Assembly: GCA_002633005.1 (NCBI GenBank)
Contig: NMRA01000324.1
Coordinates: 441,891 to 505,890, forward strand
Direction: 5' to 3'
DNA: 64,000 nucleotides
DNA from: Phoronis australis
Lineage: Eukaryota > Animalia > Phoronida
Shown here one piece after another: positions 50,388 to 62,800 of this stretch. Below the pieces are notes generated by a model. The model made no database searches. It was given only the letters and a program-made list of their open reading frames with translations, and was not told the origin of the DNA. How positions within the stretch are numbered: the stretch's first letter is position 1; each line of letters starts with the position of its first letter. The translations under genes and the position numbers were made by a program.

Positions 50388-51780
50388 CAGTACAGCCACT
50401 GAATTATTAGACTCTCTCCGGTGTCTCTTCGGTCTAGCAACCCGTGACCGTAACCGGAGACAGACCGGAGAGTGAGGCGTGAATCAACCGTGACAGCTGG
50501 CGTGAGCCTAAGCGTGACTGTATTCTGAGCTTACCGTGAGTTAGGCGTGAGTTTACCTGCTTCGCAGATGATAAAGTAATATATTAAAATTACATCAGTA
50601 GCTAGCAGTGATGTCTATTCACATAGACTTTTGCTCATGCGAGGTTTATTTTTTTGAAATAGTCATGTGCAGTAAAAGACCAAAATTCCCGTCTCAAATC
50701 TTAAGTCACTTCAGAGAACAGACCTGTGGGCTTTACTTTTCACTTATATATAATGACTTATTTTTGATATAAACTAATAAAGAATCTTAATACGCGTGTA
50801 CACGGCGGGGTTATTCAATTGATTTCACGATATGAAGGAGCATAGCCTGTCAATTCTGAGCATATTGATCCCAAGATCCAGCATCATGCTGACAAAACTA
50901 ATCGCACCCATGCATTTGATGACCGCTATTATGATTTTAGTGAAGACGTACACCGGGGATACTGTGTACTCAGCCGAAGCGCATGTACTACGGGGAGGGG
51001 GCTATAAATAATTTAACTGCACTACGGATTCAGGACTTTTAAGTCAAAACATTTGCTTGCAGGAAGGGATGGGTATGTCAGAAGGGCGGCCTATCGAAAA
51101 TTTCTGTACACCAGTGCGGTGCAAAAATTTACGGAGTGACACAGTACTTCACGAGATGCGTAGGCAATTTTTAGGGGGAATTCACTATATCTACCTGTGT
51201 CAAGTTTCAAGGAGTCCAAAGCCATGTAAAGATGACTCTGGGCAAAGGGTCGCGTTTATTCGTATTCACTATCGCGGTTAGTGTACATGTTTGTCGTTGA
51301 TGGGACTGGCTCTTAAGTCGTAAATTGAACATGTACATGTAAGTGTAACACAAGACGAGCTTAAGGATGACGTTTTTATGAACAACACGTGGAATTAGTT
51401 AGTCGGAACCCAAGTGTGATAGATGACCGCTTGAAAAGATACTCTATAATATACTATGATGTCTTTGCACCTTGACCGAAACGACAGGAAATCAAGACGT
51501 TACATGTATTTTTACTGATTAGCCCGGTGCCCTACCATGGTTACCTCAGCTACCGAAGGCGTAAAGAAAGCGTGAGGTAAGCGGGACGTAGGCGCGAAGA
51601 AAGCGTGAACGAGAAGTGAGGATAGCGTTAAATAAGCCGGAGGTAAGAGTGAGGACTACCCAGAGAGTAGGCGTGAGGCGACCGTGACTGATTTCTGTCA
51701 CGCCAGTGTTCCAGATGCGCTCCTGTCTGGCCAGTCGTGAGGTATCTCGGACGAAGTCAAAAAATTCAGTGGCTGTACTG
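50388..51780. mobile_element. 1.39-kb non-autonomous TIR DNA element, TA TSD
   Basis: TA|CAGTACAGCCACTGAATT ... AATTCAGTGGCTGTACTG|TA; CGTGA subterminal repeats at both ends. Confidence 0.88.
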
Positions 51781-51814
51781 TACGTCCATGCAGTGGCCCC
51801 CCTACACGGACTAC

Positions 51815-51995
51815 TCGACCTGGTAGCACATTGGGTGCCTACTTCAGTTTACCCTTCATACGGCTTGGTCCGGCCATTCCGACCCGTCTATCTGGTAACA
51901 CCTTGGGTGTTCACTTGAGTTTACACTCCAACAGTGATCCTCACTTAGACTACTCTATCTGGTAACACCATGGGTGTTTACTTCAGTTTACAATT
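51815..51995 (+). repeat. Short degenerate tandem repeat (also 50350-50385), split by the TIR insert
   Basis: CTGGTAACACC.TGGGTGTTTACTTCAGTTTAC-like unit x3, plus one before 50388. Confidence 0.75.
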
Positions 51996-52349
51996 CCCTT
52001 TCATTTTATTCAGTTATTCCCGCTTGATGCGGCGTGGTAGATCAACTTATACATGCTTATATTTCTCATTCATAAGTCCTGCACCTTTGGTGTCTACTTT
52101 CTCTTTCAGTTCCGTTTACTTTGCCAAGTTATTCATAGGTCCCCGGTTAACAATGGGTTCGACCATTCAGATATCACTTATTTAATCCTTAGTTCTTAAT
52201 GTTCGGTGTAATCCATCGTAATTCAACTATCCATGTTCTTCTTCTTACCGCTTGGCTCCAGCCAGTACAGTGCTGGCCTGTTGTTTCAGTGTTCCATTTC
52301 TGCACCATTTAGTGTTACTTTTCAGCATGCAACGACAATCAACCCGTAA

Positions 52350-53255
52350 AACTACTTCGCCTTACCAGTCTCGTGCATCATCTCCCTCCGGGCGTCCCTT
52401 GCCCCATCCACCATCTCCACTTACCGCCGCGTCCTTTCACATTTTCTCCATTACCATTCCTCATCAGCATGCCCCTTGCCTGTTGTTCCTGTCTCCACAT
52501 CGACCTTAGCTTCTTATATAGCACATCTTTTATCGTCTGGCTTAACTGCATCCACCATTTCTACCTATGTCTCCGCCATAGGTTTCATTCATATACTGGA
52601 TTCCTTGCCTGACCCTATCTCCTCCTTTCTGGTCAAGAAAATTCTGAAGGGGTGTCCAATTCGCGGCCATTCTTGGACACCCGGCTCCCCATAACTACAC
52701 CTATTCTTCACCGCCTTCTCAACGCCTTACCCTCTGCTCTCAACTCTCACTTCCACGCATCTCCCTGTGCTGCTATGTTTTCCAGCGCCTTTCACGCCTT
52801 CCTTCGTGTTAGCGAATTTACTGTCGCCAACTCTGCCTCACCCCAAATTTCTGTACCCCAGGTCTCTGAAGTCTCAGTCACCTCTACGTCCATGTCTCTC
52901 ACTATCTTCCACTTCAAACACCACGATCACACCCTTACATTCTCGTTTTCTCCCGTTCTAACTGTCTCCATTGCCCTGTTGCAACCCTTCAACACTACCT
53001 CACTCTCTCCAACAACTCTTCCGGCCCTCTCCTCTAGTTCCCTCACGGTTCCCCGTAACTCGCTCTTATTTCACTCACCACCTTAAATTGGTACTCGGGT
53101 GCGTCGATCTCGATCCCGAACGCTATAAATATCATAGATTTCGTATTGGTGTAGCCACCTCTGCTGCTACCCTCCAAATTCCAGTCTCCACCATTCAGCG
53201 CATGGGTCCCTGGAAGTCTGACGCGCTCAAGAACTACATTCGTCTCTCCTCTTAA
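52350..53255 (+). pseudogene. Tyrosine recombinase (DIRS/Ngaro type), frameshifted
   Basis: SLAPSTISTYRR, STISTYVSAIGFIH, DTRLPIT, AFHAFLRVSEF, YHRFRIG..TSAA and IQRMGPWKSDA..NYIR give R...HxxR..W..Y across three frames; start approximate. Confidence 0.92.
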
Positions 53256-53304
53256 AATTTGCCTGCTGCTAAAATTCCCACTCCTTCGTTGACATGATCA
53301 TTCA

Positions 53305-53532
53305 CCACCCTGGGGCAGCTCTACAGTCAGTGCTTCCCCTCCTTACACTGCCTCTTCATCCTGGGGCGACTGTATTGCCAGAGCCCCCCCCCCCACTCAC
53401 CACTCCCGTTTCATCACGGGGCAACTGTATTGCCAGTGTCCCGTTCATGGGCACCTGTATTGCCAGTGTCTACTTCACTCACAACATTCATCACCCTAGG
53501 GCGCCTGCATTGCCAGTGTCCTACTTCACTCA
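53305..53532 (+). repeat. Degenerate GGGCAACTGTATTGCCAGTGTC repeats (~5) between the YR and the right direct repeat
   Basis: Motif variants near 53310, 53362, 53418, 53448 and 53498. Confidence 0.75.
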
Positions 53533-55638
53533 TTCATTTAAGTATTATATTATTTTATGTAAGCTATTCTGCTTCGTCCCCATTATCATATTGTTTGGGT
53601 TCTCGAGTCAGTGACACTCTGTGTTCTACGATTATTGGTTTAATTGTACCACGTGATCTCTTTGTCTCGTCGCAACACTGGGCCATCGTCCACAATTCTC
53701 TTCCAAATTTCAGTTTGAACTCAATTTCTCTTTCCCTCCCACCCGCAAACCAATTTTCCTTACTTCCCTGTTTATCCTTATCTTCCCCATGTCGCTGTCC
53801 CGGTGTTGCTGTTATGCTTCCGCATATTATTACTTAACTTTCTATTCACCACTTGTGTATACCTTCATTGCTGCTAGGCAGATTGTCACCCACCTTTACA
53901 GTTCAACATATTATGTAACTTTTGTAATTACCGATATCTGTATTAGTTTAGTTTGTCATAATATATATGACCTTTTATATCATCTACACGTGTTATTTCA
54001 CTGTAAACTAGCTTCGGTATCGCTTCACCGTTAGCGCATATAAAAGTAATTAGTTGCTTAGTTTTGATGTAGATAATTTATGGGGTTTCTGTAAGTATTT
54101 TACCTTAGCACGTTTCATAGTAACGACAGTATTAAAGAACAAGAGGTTTTTCTTCTTTTAAGTCAGAACAGCACATGGAATAGGATTGAAATGACCAACA
54201 AATCGTACAGTTTTTGGAGTTAAAAACCTGAAGCATTGAAAACAAACCGGTTATTTCGTTATACCCACAAATAGTAATATTCCTCTATCGGGCCTGTGAA
54301 GGCAACATTAATGGTCCTATGCTGGCAATAAACTGGCCCACAACTGCACTAACGCCAGTGTAATTAGTATACTGGTTTAATAATAGCCCACCAATGGCCC
54401 TGTACATGGCCAACAGAGTCTGTCAATACTGGGCAGAAACCGGTCTCGGTGTATTGGATTAGTAATGGCCTAGTACTGGCTCTGTACTGGCCCGATATGG
54501 CAATCTTATACCGGCCCAATACCAAGCAGGTGTGCGAAATGTTATTGGGCCAGTACTGGTCTACACCGTCGAGCCAATGCAGAACATGGCAAAATGAGTA
54601 CGTGCTTGCATTTCTAAAAGAATACGAAGTAGGAATGTTTATGAATTATCAACCACGATACATTCATCAATCTAATGTCAAGATTGCATCATATTACAGC
54701 GCTACAGAAAAGTTTAGGGCCGCTGCGCTGCAGCCTCACCCACCGGAACTACTCGCACGACCGGGTTGAAACTGAATGCAGTTAATAGGTTACCCTGTCC
54801 ATTCCAAACTTCACGAAATCTCATTCAGTCTTCTTAAATTTAAAACCGCCGTTAGTCGCCACATCTCTGACCCGTGCTCAAGATGTTGTCACTGATTGAG
54901 AATGAGTCTTCAATTACATTTAATAATAACTACTGCAAGTGATTGTAACTGAGTTCTTTCGTTAACAATGTAAATCAAGTTTTTGGGACTATTTAACTCT
55001 TGCACACCCTTGGATAGGTTACTAAATGGTCACAAACACAACATTTTATTCACGTCAGTTCTGAATCATTAGTAGAAAATCAGAGTAATGAACTGTCGGA
55101 GTTGATCTGGTATCGTAATTGCGGACATTGAGTAGCGAACTTCCGAAAGTAGCAAACCTTCAGAGTAGTGGACCTTCCATTTAACCTTCTTGGAAATATT
55201 TTCAATCAAGGTTGTTGTTCGTATGATATATGTGAAGCAGTGCACCATTGACATTGATCGACAACGTAAGACTTTGTTCATTGATCAAAGTTTTAATTAG
55301 GTCTCGACATGCCTAATATTGTGAACATTCGGGGATTTCTCAGTGCAGAAAACGTGGTAGCTAAATGTCAGATTTTTGAGAAGCGACAGAGTAGCCAGTG
55401 AATTATCGTCGGCGTGTACTGAATTAAAAAGAACGGAAACGCAAACACGTGTACCCGCATTCATGTCAATTCACTAATCCACAATCAAAGTAGACACTTG
55501 ATGAACAAGACATTTGACGATCACTTTCAATTCGACATTTGAAAATCACACGGCACTAATTTTGGGGAGCTCTCTCAATGCCATATGGTTTGGGTTGCGA
55601 ATAGACATTTACTTCCTCGCTGGTACCGTACGTGCCCA

Positions 55639-56398
55639 GCCAGCACGCAGATATCACGCGGTGGTACGCGCTTTAGCATTGGTTGAAGTAAACTCAGCAA
55701 CCATTGGTTAGCTTTACAACACCGTGACAAAACGGCGGACTGTGAACGATTTTTAGACTTGTCATGCAAGTGGCGTCGCAGAAACTATTTCTTTTCAGCA
55801 GTAATTTTTAATAGCCTCGTGCTTGAAGAACGTATATGTACAATAAACACGTATCTGGCCGATTTAACTGGTGTGTATTTCACACTGTATAAATGCAGGA
55901 CAGTATCGTAAATAAATATCCTCGACAGTAGAAAGATCCACTCCAAAAAGGCGCAACCACTATTTCTAGAATTTACATTTTCTGAACATGAATTTTGAGC
56001 ACCGATTTGTATGTACAACAGACCACTTCTAAACTTCAGTCCATCAGTTATGCCAGTTTGTTTGCATAAAGCGCTGCCTGTTGAGAATTCAACTCAGTGG
56101 CAGATCTACGATTTCAGTAAGGGGGGGGTTAGGATTCGAAACAATCCGAGGCGCGTAGCGCCGAGGAGAAGGAAGGTCGCGAGAGGGTTTCCCTCCTCCC
56201 GTGTAAGATTTTTTGGGATTTTTAGTAGCTAATTTCGTTTTTCTGGCGATTTTTTTCCAGTTTTTATTTTTGATCCTGTCCCGAGGGGGGGTTTAAACCC
56301 CCTGAACCCCCTGTAGTTCCGCCTCTGCAACTATCCAGTCAGAAACGCTGGTGTATTAAATTTCCCGAGGAAAATTAAGTGATATCTGCGTGCTGGCC
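55639..56398. mobile_element. Small TIR element, family unassigned
   Basis: GCCAGCACGCAGATATCAC ... GTGATATCTGCGTGCTGGC (19-bp perfect inverted repeat); TSD unclear. Confidence 0.65.
56095..56327. mobile_element. MITE with 5-bp TSD CAACT
   Basis: CAGTGGCAGATCTAC ... GTAGTTCCGCCTCTG; CAACT at 56090-56094 and 56328-56332. Confidence 0.8.
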
Positions 56399-58687
56399 AC
56401 CGACCACACTGCGGCACGCAGGGAACAACTGAGCATTTATTTCTAGACTTCCGTGTTACCCAAGGTGTAGAGACCACGCGCTTTCAATGCCGAAGAAGCC
56501 TCTTCTAATCGTCATCTACGCAGTCACCACTAGGGCCGGATACGACCCGAGGATTATGGGAAGCGCTTTACATCTTAAGCAAATTCAAAATTAATATCAA
56601 CTTCCTTATGATTGTAGTCAGTAAAAGTAGTAGCTAAAACAAGTTTGTTGCCCATCTAAGACATATCTCATCCTATCGAATAGGCTAAAGCTGGACCTTT
56701 TCCCCGGAGGGGGATTGGTCGAACCTCCCTCCCGAACCTCCCCCTACCCCGGCTACGGGCGTGCAACCAGATGTAAGCAGGTTACTGGCAACTAAGAGCA
56801 ACTAACAGAAACTGATCAATTTGGGAAATCGGCATCATGCTGGCACCATAATGCAGGCACAGGACTGCTACAAATGTGGTTTTGGCTCAGGAACGGCAAA
56901 CCTACAAAAAGTGGTACTCACTTGTCAGTACTGACCCGATGCAAGTCTGGTACCAGCCCGGTATCGGATAGCGTGTACCCGTTAAAACTATTACAATTTT
57001 TTTCAATACGTGTACCGGCCCGGTATCAGCATGTTTTCTGGGACTTAACAGATTCCAGACATTTTTTGCACTGGTCCGATATTGGAGCCGGCACCAGACC
57101 AGCACCGGCCCAGAAACAAGCCATTACAATGGGGCTATTCGGAAAATCTGCAATAACTAGAGGGCGTGCGTGTACTAGTGGTGATAGATTAACAGCCTAG
57201 ATTTCGCGAGCCCTTTAAATACATGGTGAAATGGCTTGCCACCGTGTCAACTGAATCTGAGATTGCGTAAAAAGGGTGCTTCTATGAGAGGACGTAAGCA
57301 CGACCTCATACAAAGGTAAGGTTTGTGATTATTTTAACGATTATTCCATGATTATTCTACCGATGTCCGTTAACTGAGGCACTCGCCGATGTCGACTTCG
57401 CGGCTGTCAGTCGCCAGCCAGAGTCTGGTTAATCTTTGTATGCTGTGATATGTGATACGATACTCGACGTAGCAATCGGGATCTTTTCGTACATCAAAGC
57501 ATTAGTATTGTTTGGAATGATTTCTAAAAGTTTATCAGTGACAGTTACATCAATCAATGCTGAATGTTTATGCTGTGAACTCGATACAGGTTAATGAGTT
57601 AAGATTACAATCCAATCCCAATGGTAAAGGGTACGTGAGTGATAAATATCCATTGCATTAGACTATTTGTTTACTCCCTATCATATGTCTTATGGAAATC
57701 TATTACACGTTGAAATGGAAATCTATCACGTCAGTTTTCACGTAACATTTGTTTTTTTAGGTTTGAAGGCTTGTACCGTGCAGATGAGATATGCATCGCT
57801 TCTGCACCGTCCCTGAATGGACAAAAAATGTTTTTTTGCATTTGACTGCAGCTAACCAACAAGATCTTCCCATCCAGTGCAGATCTGTTGTCAAAGCCTA
57901 CTTTCAATATTGGAGACAACGAACAAAGCCTTTGAAAAGGAACAGCTATTTTTAAAGTCATTTTGTTAAATTACTTATTCAGGTCCCGAGGGGGGATTGG
58001 CATGGGGGTTGTAATATTTGGTACAACTGAATGTGTGGAAATAACTGGTAATACATGTTTGGGGAAAAGAGCATGGTGAGGTAATTCTTAACCATCACGA
58101 AGTCCCTTCAAGTTGATTTCGTGAAACTGTTTTGCTACTTGTATCAATTGTAATACCACGAAAATATATTACATTTTCCGAATTCACAGTGACTGAATAA
58201 TCTTAACTCATGCCTTGAAATGTTGCAAGTCGTTATAAATTCAAATGACTGCCATTTTTGGGAAAATTGCATGTTTGATGGTGCCTTACGATTTGCAATT
58301 ACTCTTAAACAACAGAAAGATTGTCCATCATTTTTAAATGACCCAAGTCTTCATATCTTCTATTAGAAGAAAAAAGGTTCCCTCAACCTTAGGCTTGAAG
58401 TATGCTTGACAGACCCATGAACCTGTAATCTGAGTTTAAAATTGCTGAAAGTATCATAATTAAAAATGCTTGAAAATGTGCAACAAAGGTTTGAAGTTCT
58501 CTCAAAAAAGCTTGTATATTTTACAGACAAGTTATGCGTTTAAAGAATTGTTATGGCTAGAGATAAAAAATAAAGACCCTTGGTTTCTGAAAATAGTAGT
58601 TATTTACTTTTATGTGAAACTGTAGACCAATCACCGTATATTTTTGAAAAACAGGGATAACATTTTTGATCCAACCTGGAGTACTTA

Positions 58688-61600
58688 CAGCACACATCAC
58701 GAATTTTTGGCCGACCGGTCGGAAATTGGTCGACGACCGGCCGTCGACCGGTCGGCAAAGTAGCCGACCGGTCGGCTAAAAATTAGCCGACTGGCAGCCG
58801 CCCGCAGTGCCGAATCATAAGGCGACCCCACAGCCGACCCTTCAGCCGAACCTTTAGCCGACCGGCCATCAGACGACCAGCTGGTCGGCTGCTATTGTTA
58901 GGCTAGAGTAGCAGCTGCGTAATAGATTGTCAGGCTCACACCACTTTGCGTGTCGATGCATATTCGTCTTAGCACAGGGTCAAATAAATTAACCTAGTTT
59001 TGCTGCCTCGGTTACATGAGTTCACGTCGGTTGTGTAACACCACTACTTCGAAGGTTGAAGGCAAGCGGCATTAGTAAACATTGGATTATGGACAATGCA
59101 ACAAGTTTTGGATGAAAAACGTGAAAGTTTTCTTTACATTTGATCTTTAATTTGACTCCTGACGTTAACAAATTGTATTAGATCGGTTGCTTCCCGGTCA
59201 ATACAACGCTGTATAGTCATTTTGTAAACGCGGCTGTTTTTGCAGTCTTCGCCCACAATTGATTTTGTTTGTGTAACGCCAAACTGCATCGTTTTTGCGT
59301 GTTTTAAGTTATTCNNNNNNNNNNNNNNNNNNNNNNNNNNNNNNNNNNNNNNNNNNNNNNNNNNNNNNNNNNNNNNNNNNNNNNNNNNNNNNNNNNNNNN
59401 NNNNNNNNNNNNNNNNNNNNNNNNNNNNNNNNNNNNNNNNNNNNNNNNNNNNNNNNNNNNNNNNNNNNNNNNNNNNNNNNNNNNNNNNNNNNNNNNNNNN
59501 NNNNNNNNNNNNNNNNNNNNNNNNNNNNNNNNNNNNNNNNNNNNNNNNNNNNNNNNNNNNNNNNNNNNNNNNNNNNNNNNNNNNNNNNNNNNNNNNNNGT
59601 CGGCAAGAGGTTGAACATTTAGCCCTTGTTTTATACGTATAGTACGAACATTATCACTTTGAAGGATCAATGCTTGGGGATGGTGACGGGGTGTTCTGGC
59701 GTGTAAAGTTACTGACGTGGTAAGTTTTTGAACGTGGTTTATTAAATTTTCAGTTCGGTCGTATTTTATTTTGATCCTGAAGTGAAGAATTTTTGGTCCT
59801 CACTTGATAAATTATAGGTGCTGATGTGATAAATTTCAGTCTTGACGTGGTGAATTTTAGTCTTTATTTGTTTTTTGTGTGAAAACAATCTCAATGTACT
59901 GGAGTGTTTTAATTCCTGCTTAAGTAAAATTTCTGGTTTTGAGATATTTATCTTTGGTCCTGGAGAGTTAACATGTTTTGGTTGGTTTTAATCTTGTATA
60001 GAAAATATATGTTGTTAAATGTTGCAAATTAGGCCTCCCATAAATGTGAGAGAGCAAGTTGTGCAGCAGCCTGCTGTGTAACTTCTTATATAAATCTAGG
60101 TGTTCGTGATTTAGTAATACTATGAAAAATGAGTAGTTATGACTATGAAAAATGAGTAGTTGTGGATTCTTTTGAAATACTGTATCCTTTGTATATGCCT
60201 GGTGTAGATGGCTAAGTGTGATATTATGTAAGCCTTATTATCCTCTATCACTTAACAACTATATATCTTCATTCATGCCTAGAGGTACTCCCAGGATCAT
60301 TAAGCATATGTGTGTATGTTTTTAGTCTAATGAGGCGTGCTTCGAATGTACAATTAGTAATCATACTTTTACAGTGGTTCATATCACACATATTCATTAA
60401 ATCCAGTAAATATTTTTGCAACTGCTGATCTGCATATTAGACATGTATATTGCATCATGCCTCATCAGAGTAAAACTTGTTATCAATCATGGTAGAAACA
60501 TTTATTTTTATCATTGCCACAAGACGTTAACAAACGCAGTCAGTGTCTGTAACTGTTGTGTCTACATTGCTGATGAATTAAAGTCGGTCTAATTATATTT
60601 TTATATCACTGATTCATGCCAAAGGTTTGAAATTGCGCCCCCTTAAGAGTTTTGACTTGCCCTGGTGATCACTAGCATCCGATGCAATAAACTTATAGAA
60701 GTTGTTTTTAACCAGGGTAATAGAGCTGAAAATTTTGTGCGTTTTCGTTTGCGAGAGTGTTCTTTTTGAATCACTGGGTTAATAATTTTTACGCTCTACA
60801 TGAAAACACAGACAAGTTTTTTAGGATTACCTGGACCAGGTTACCCCGAAAATATTATTTTCAAAGTTTTACCCCCTGTGGTCAACGCGAAACGCCAACA
60901 ATTGTGTTCTTACGCCAAAGGGCTCGGAAGGATCTAGCCTTGGTAGGAAGGTGTTTACTAAATTAAATATACAAATTTGCGCCGTTGTGGGTAAAAACTG
61001 ACCGAATAAAATCTTTCTAGAATAATCTAAATTATTTACCAGTGTTGCAAAATTTGGTTTTCAACATTTATTCTGCTGCTAAAATTAGGGTATAACCTTT
61101 TGCGTCGACTTTCGACGCAATGAAATATTGCGTCACCTATTAGTCAGTTTCTTTTTCCCAGATTCTTCAGTCAAACGTTCTCCCTCGAGGTTGCGTAAAC
61201 GTCAAGACAAAGGATCAGAATTGGTTTCACTTCATTATATGTTTTTGGAATTTTGATATCAGTGAACCAAATTTTGCTGAGATGTTGTCACCATATAATG
61301 GGAGATGTCGAAAACGTTTTGGAAGTGGCGCGTGTCACGAATGAACTCTTTTCAAAACGACGACATACGTTTTTTCGTTACAAAAGGCAGAGAATTGCGC
61401 AAGAAGATGACGTCGGATGTTTTTCAATTCAACGGCCGTAACGGGCAACTTGAATGCCAGTTGGCTTCCAGAGTTTGCATGCAAACTCGCCGGTCTTGAG
61501 CTCATGTTGATACAAGCTTTTCGACGCGGTGACAAGCGTACAGGGTACTATCCGGGCTGTGTGAAATTTCGAGGTCTGTTTTATCTCAATACGCAGTGTG

Positions 61601-62419
61601 GCACCTTGCTGTATTTCGAAAATAGTCTTCACAGCTAGCTGGCTAGATAGGAAGGCTCTAGCTTCGAAATTTTTTTTACTGCAAAAGTGACAACATTTTC
61701 ACAATGATGATGGATGATGGATTACACTATAAACCGATCACAGTCTTCCGTTTTCATGCGCCCATGATTTAATATCGGCGCTATGTTTATATTGCGCATT
61801 GTTTATATTGTTCCTAATATAAACTTGGGTTCTATTGCTGTACCAACATATTAAGAAATTATACAGAAATAAACAATAATTATATGTGGTAAAGCGCATT
61901 ATACAGCGTGACGAAGTGATGATCAAGAGCAATAACGGAAGAGCGCAAATGCGTGCTGCTTGCTGAGCATTCCGCGGCATGAAAACATTTGAGGTCGTAA
62001 AATATCCAGTGTTGTATTCTGATTTTTATGCAATTTTGCTGTAACTTTCAGATTTCGTGCTTGTTTTTATGCATAGTTCACTGCATAAAAAGTCTGATAT
62101 CTAAAGTTAGAAATTATTTTTCCGCTATATCACTTAACGTTTGATTTTACCACGCCGTCATTAATTCAACATAAGGTATTCGGCTTGCGTAATGCCACGC
62201 ACTTCGTATTTGTACGTTGATTCGATTTTACCTCCATTTAATAGTTGAACAAAATTTTATAAACCGATGTCAAGACCGGAGNGCCGACCACAGAGGCGAC
62301 TAAGCAGACGGCTCCTAGCCGACCGTTGTTGGTCGGCTGGTGGTCGGCTAGACGACCGTTCGGCGGCCGGTCGTCGACCAATTTCTGACCGGTCGGCCAA
62401 AAATTCGTGATGTGTGCTG
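58688..62419. mobile_element. TIR DNA transposon (copy 2), both ends present, TA-flanked, no coding capacity visible
   Basis: TA|CAGCACACATCACGAATTTTTGGCCGACCGGTC.GAAATTGGTCGACGACCGGCCG and its reverse complement ending at 62419|TA; GCCGAC subterminal arrays; body matches 1101-4085. Confidence 0.9.
59315..59598. other. Assembly gap (N run)
   Basis: Run of n. Confidence 1.
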
Positions 62420-62800
62420 TAATTATTCATATTCCAATATTTGTTCCAAGTTCAGTGACATTTTAAGGCCACTTCAAGCTGTATTGTAGACAAGCTTTGT
62501 TACTCCGTTCCATTCCCACAGCACTTCCACACACCAGCAGTGCTGCATTGCACAATGTGCAAGTCAGTGGCCCTGGAGAAATGTGAATCGCAGTATTAAG
62601 TTACCATAAGACAATGTGCCAGTGGACCGTCTGTGTATTCCGACGAACTATATCTGACTGCTACACCAGTCAGCCTCGTTGGTGAGGATGGCCTTTCATA
62701 GGCAATTAGTCATGTGTGGACAATAGCTTATTTCCTTTCCAGGAAGAAACATGAGGGACAAAAGCTAAGGAAGACCTAGTGACACTCTGGTTTAGTTCAG

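Larger units (their letters stand above)
49347..53733 (+). mobile_element. Tyrosine-recombinase element (DIRS/Ngaro-related): direct repeat - SGNH hydrolase - YR - direct repeat; no RT/RNase H/gag visible
   Basis: Direct repeats at 49347-49520 and 53536-53733 (the second has 24 extra bp); pyrimidine-rich + strand; two recognisable frameshifted genes. Confidence 0.75.

Noticed and set aside
52350-53255. Phage integrase, prophage or bacterial contamination
   Set aside because: The motif style (RLPIT, AFxxFLRxSE, GxWKSDA) is DIRS/Ngaro-like, the surroundings are eukaryotic repeats, and there are no phage genes.
53294-54034. ORFs downstream of the YR
   Set aside because: Low-complexity translations of the repeats and the direct repeat; no RT, methyltransferase or gag motifs.
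54263-54570. GGCCCAGTACTGG-rich patches (similar at 28560-28740 and 56770-57140) as defined elements
   Set aside because: They look like decayed subterminal-repeat MITEs, but paired termini and TSDs could not be established.
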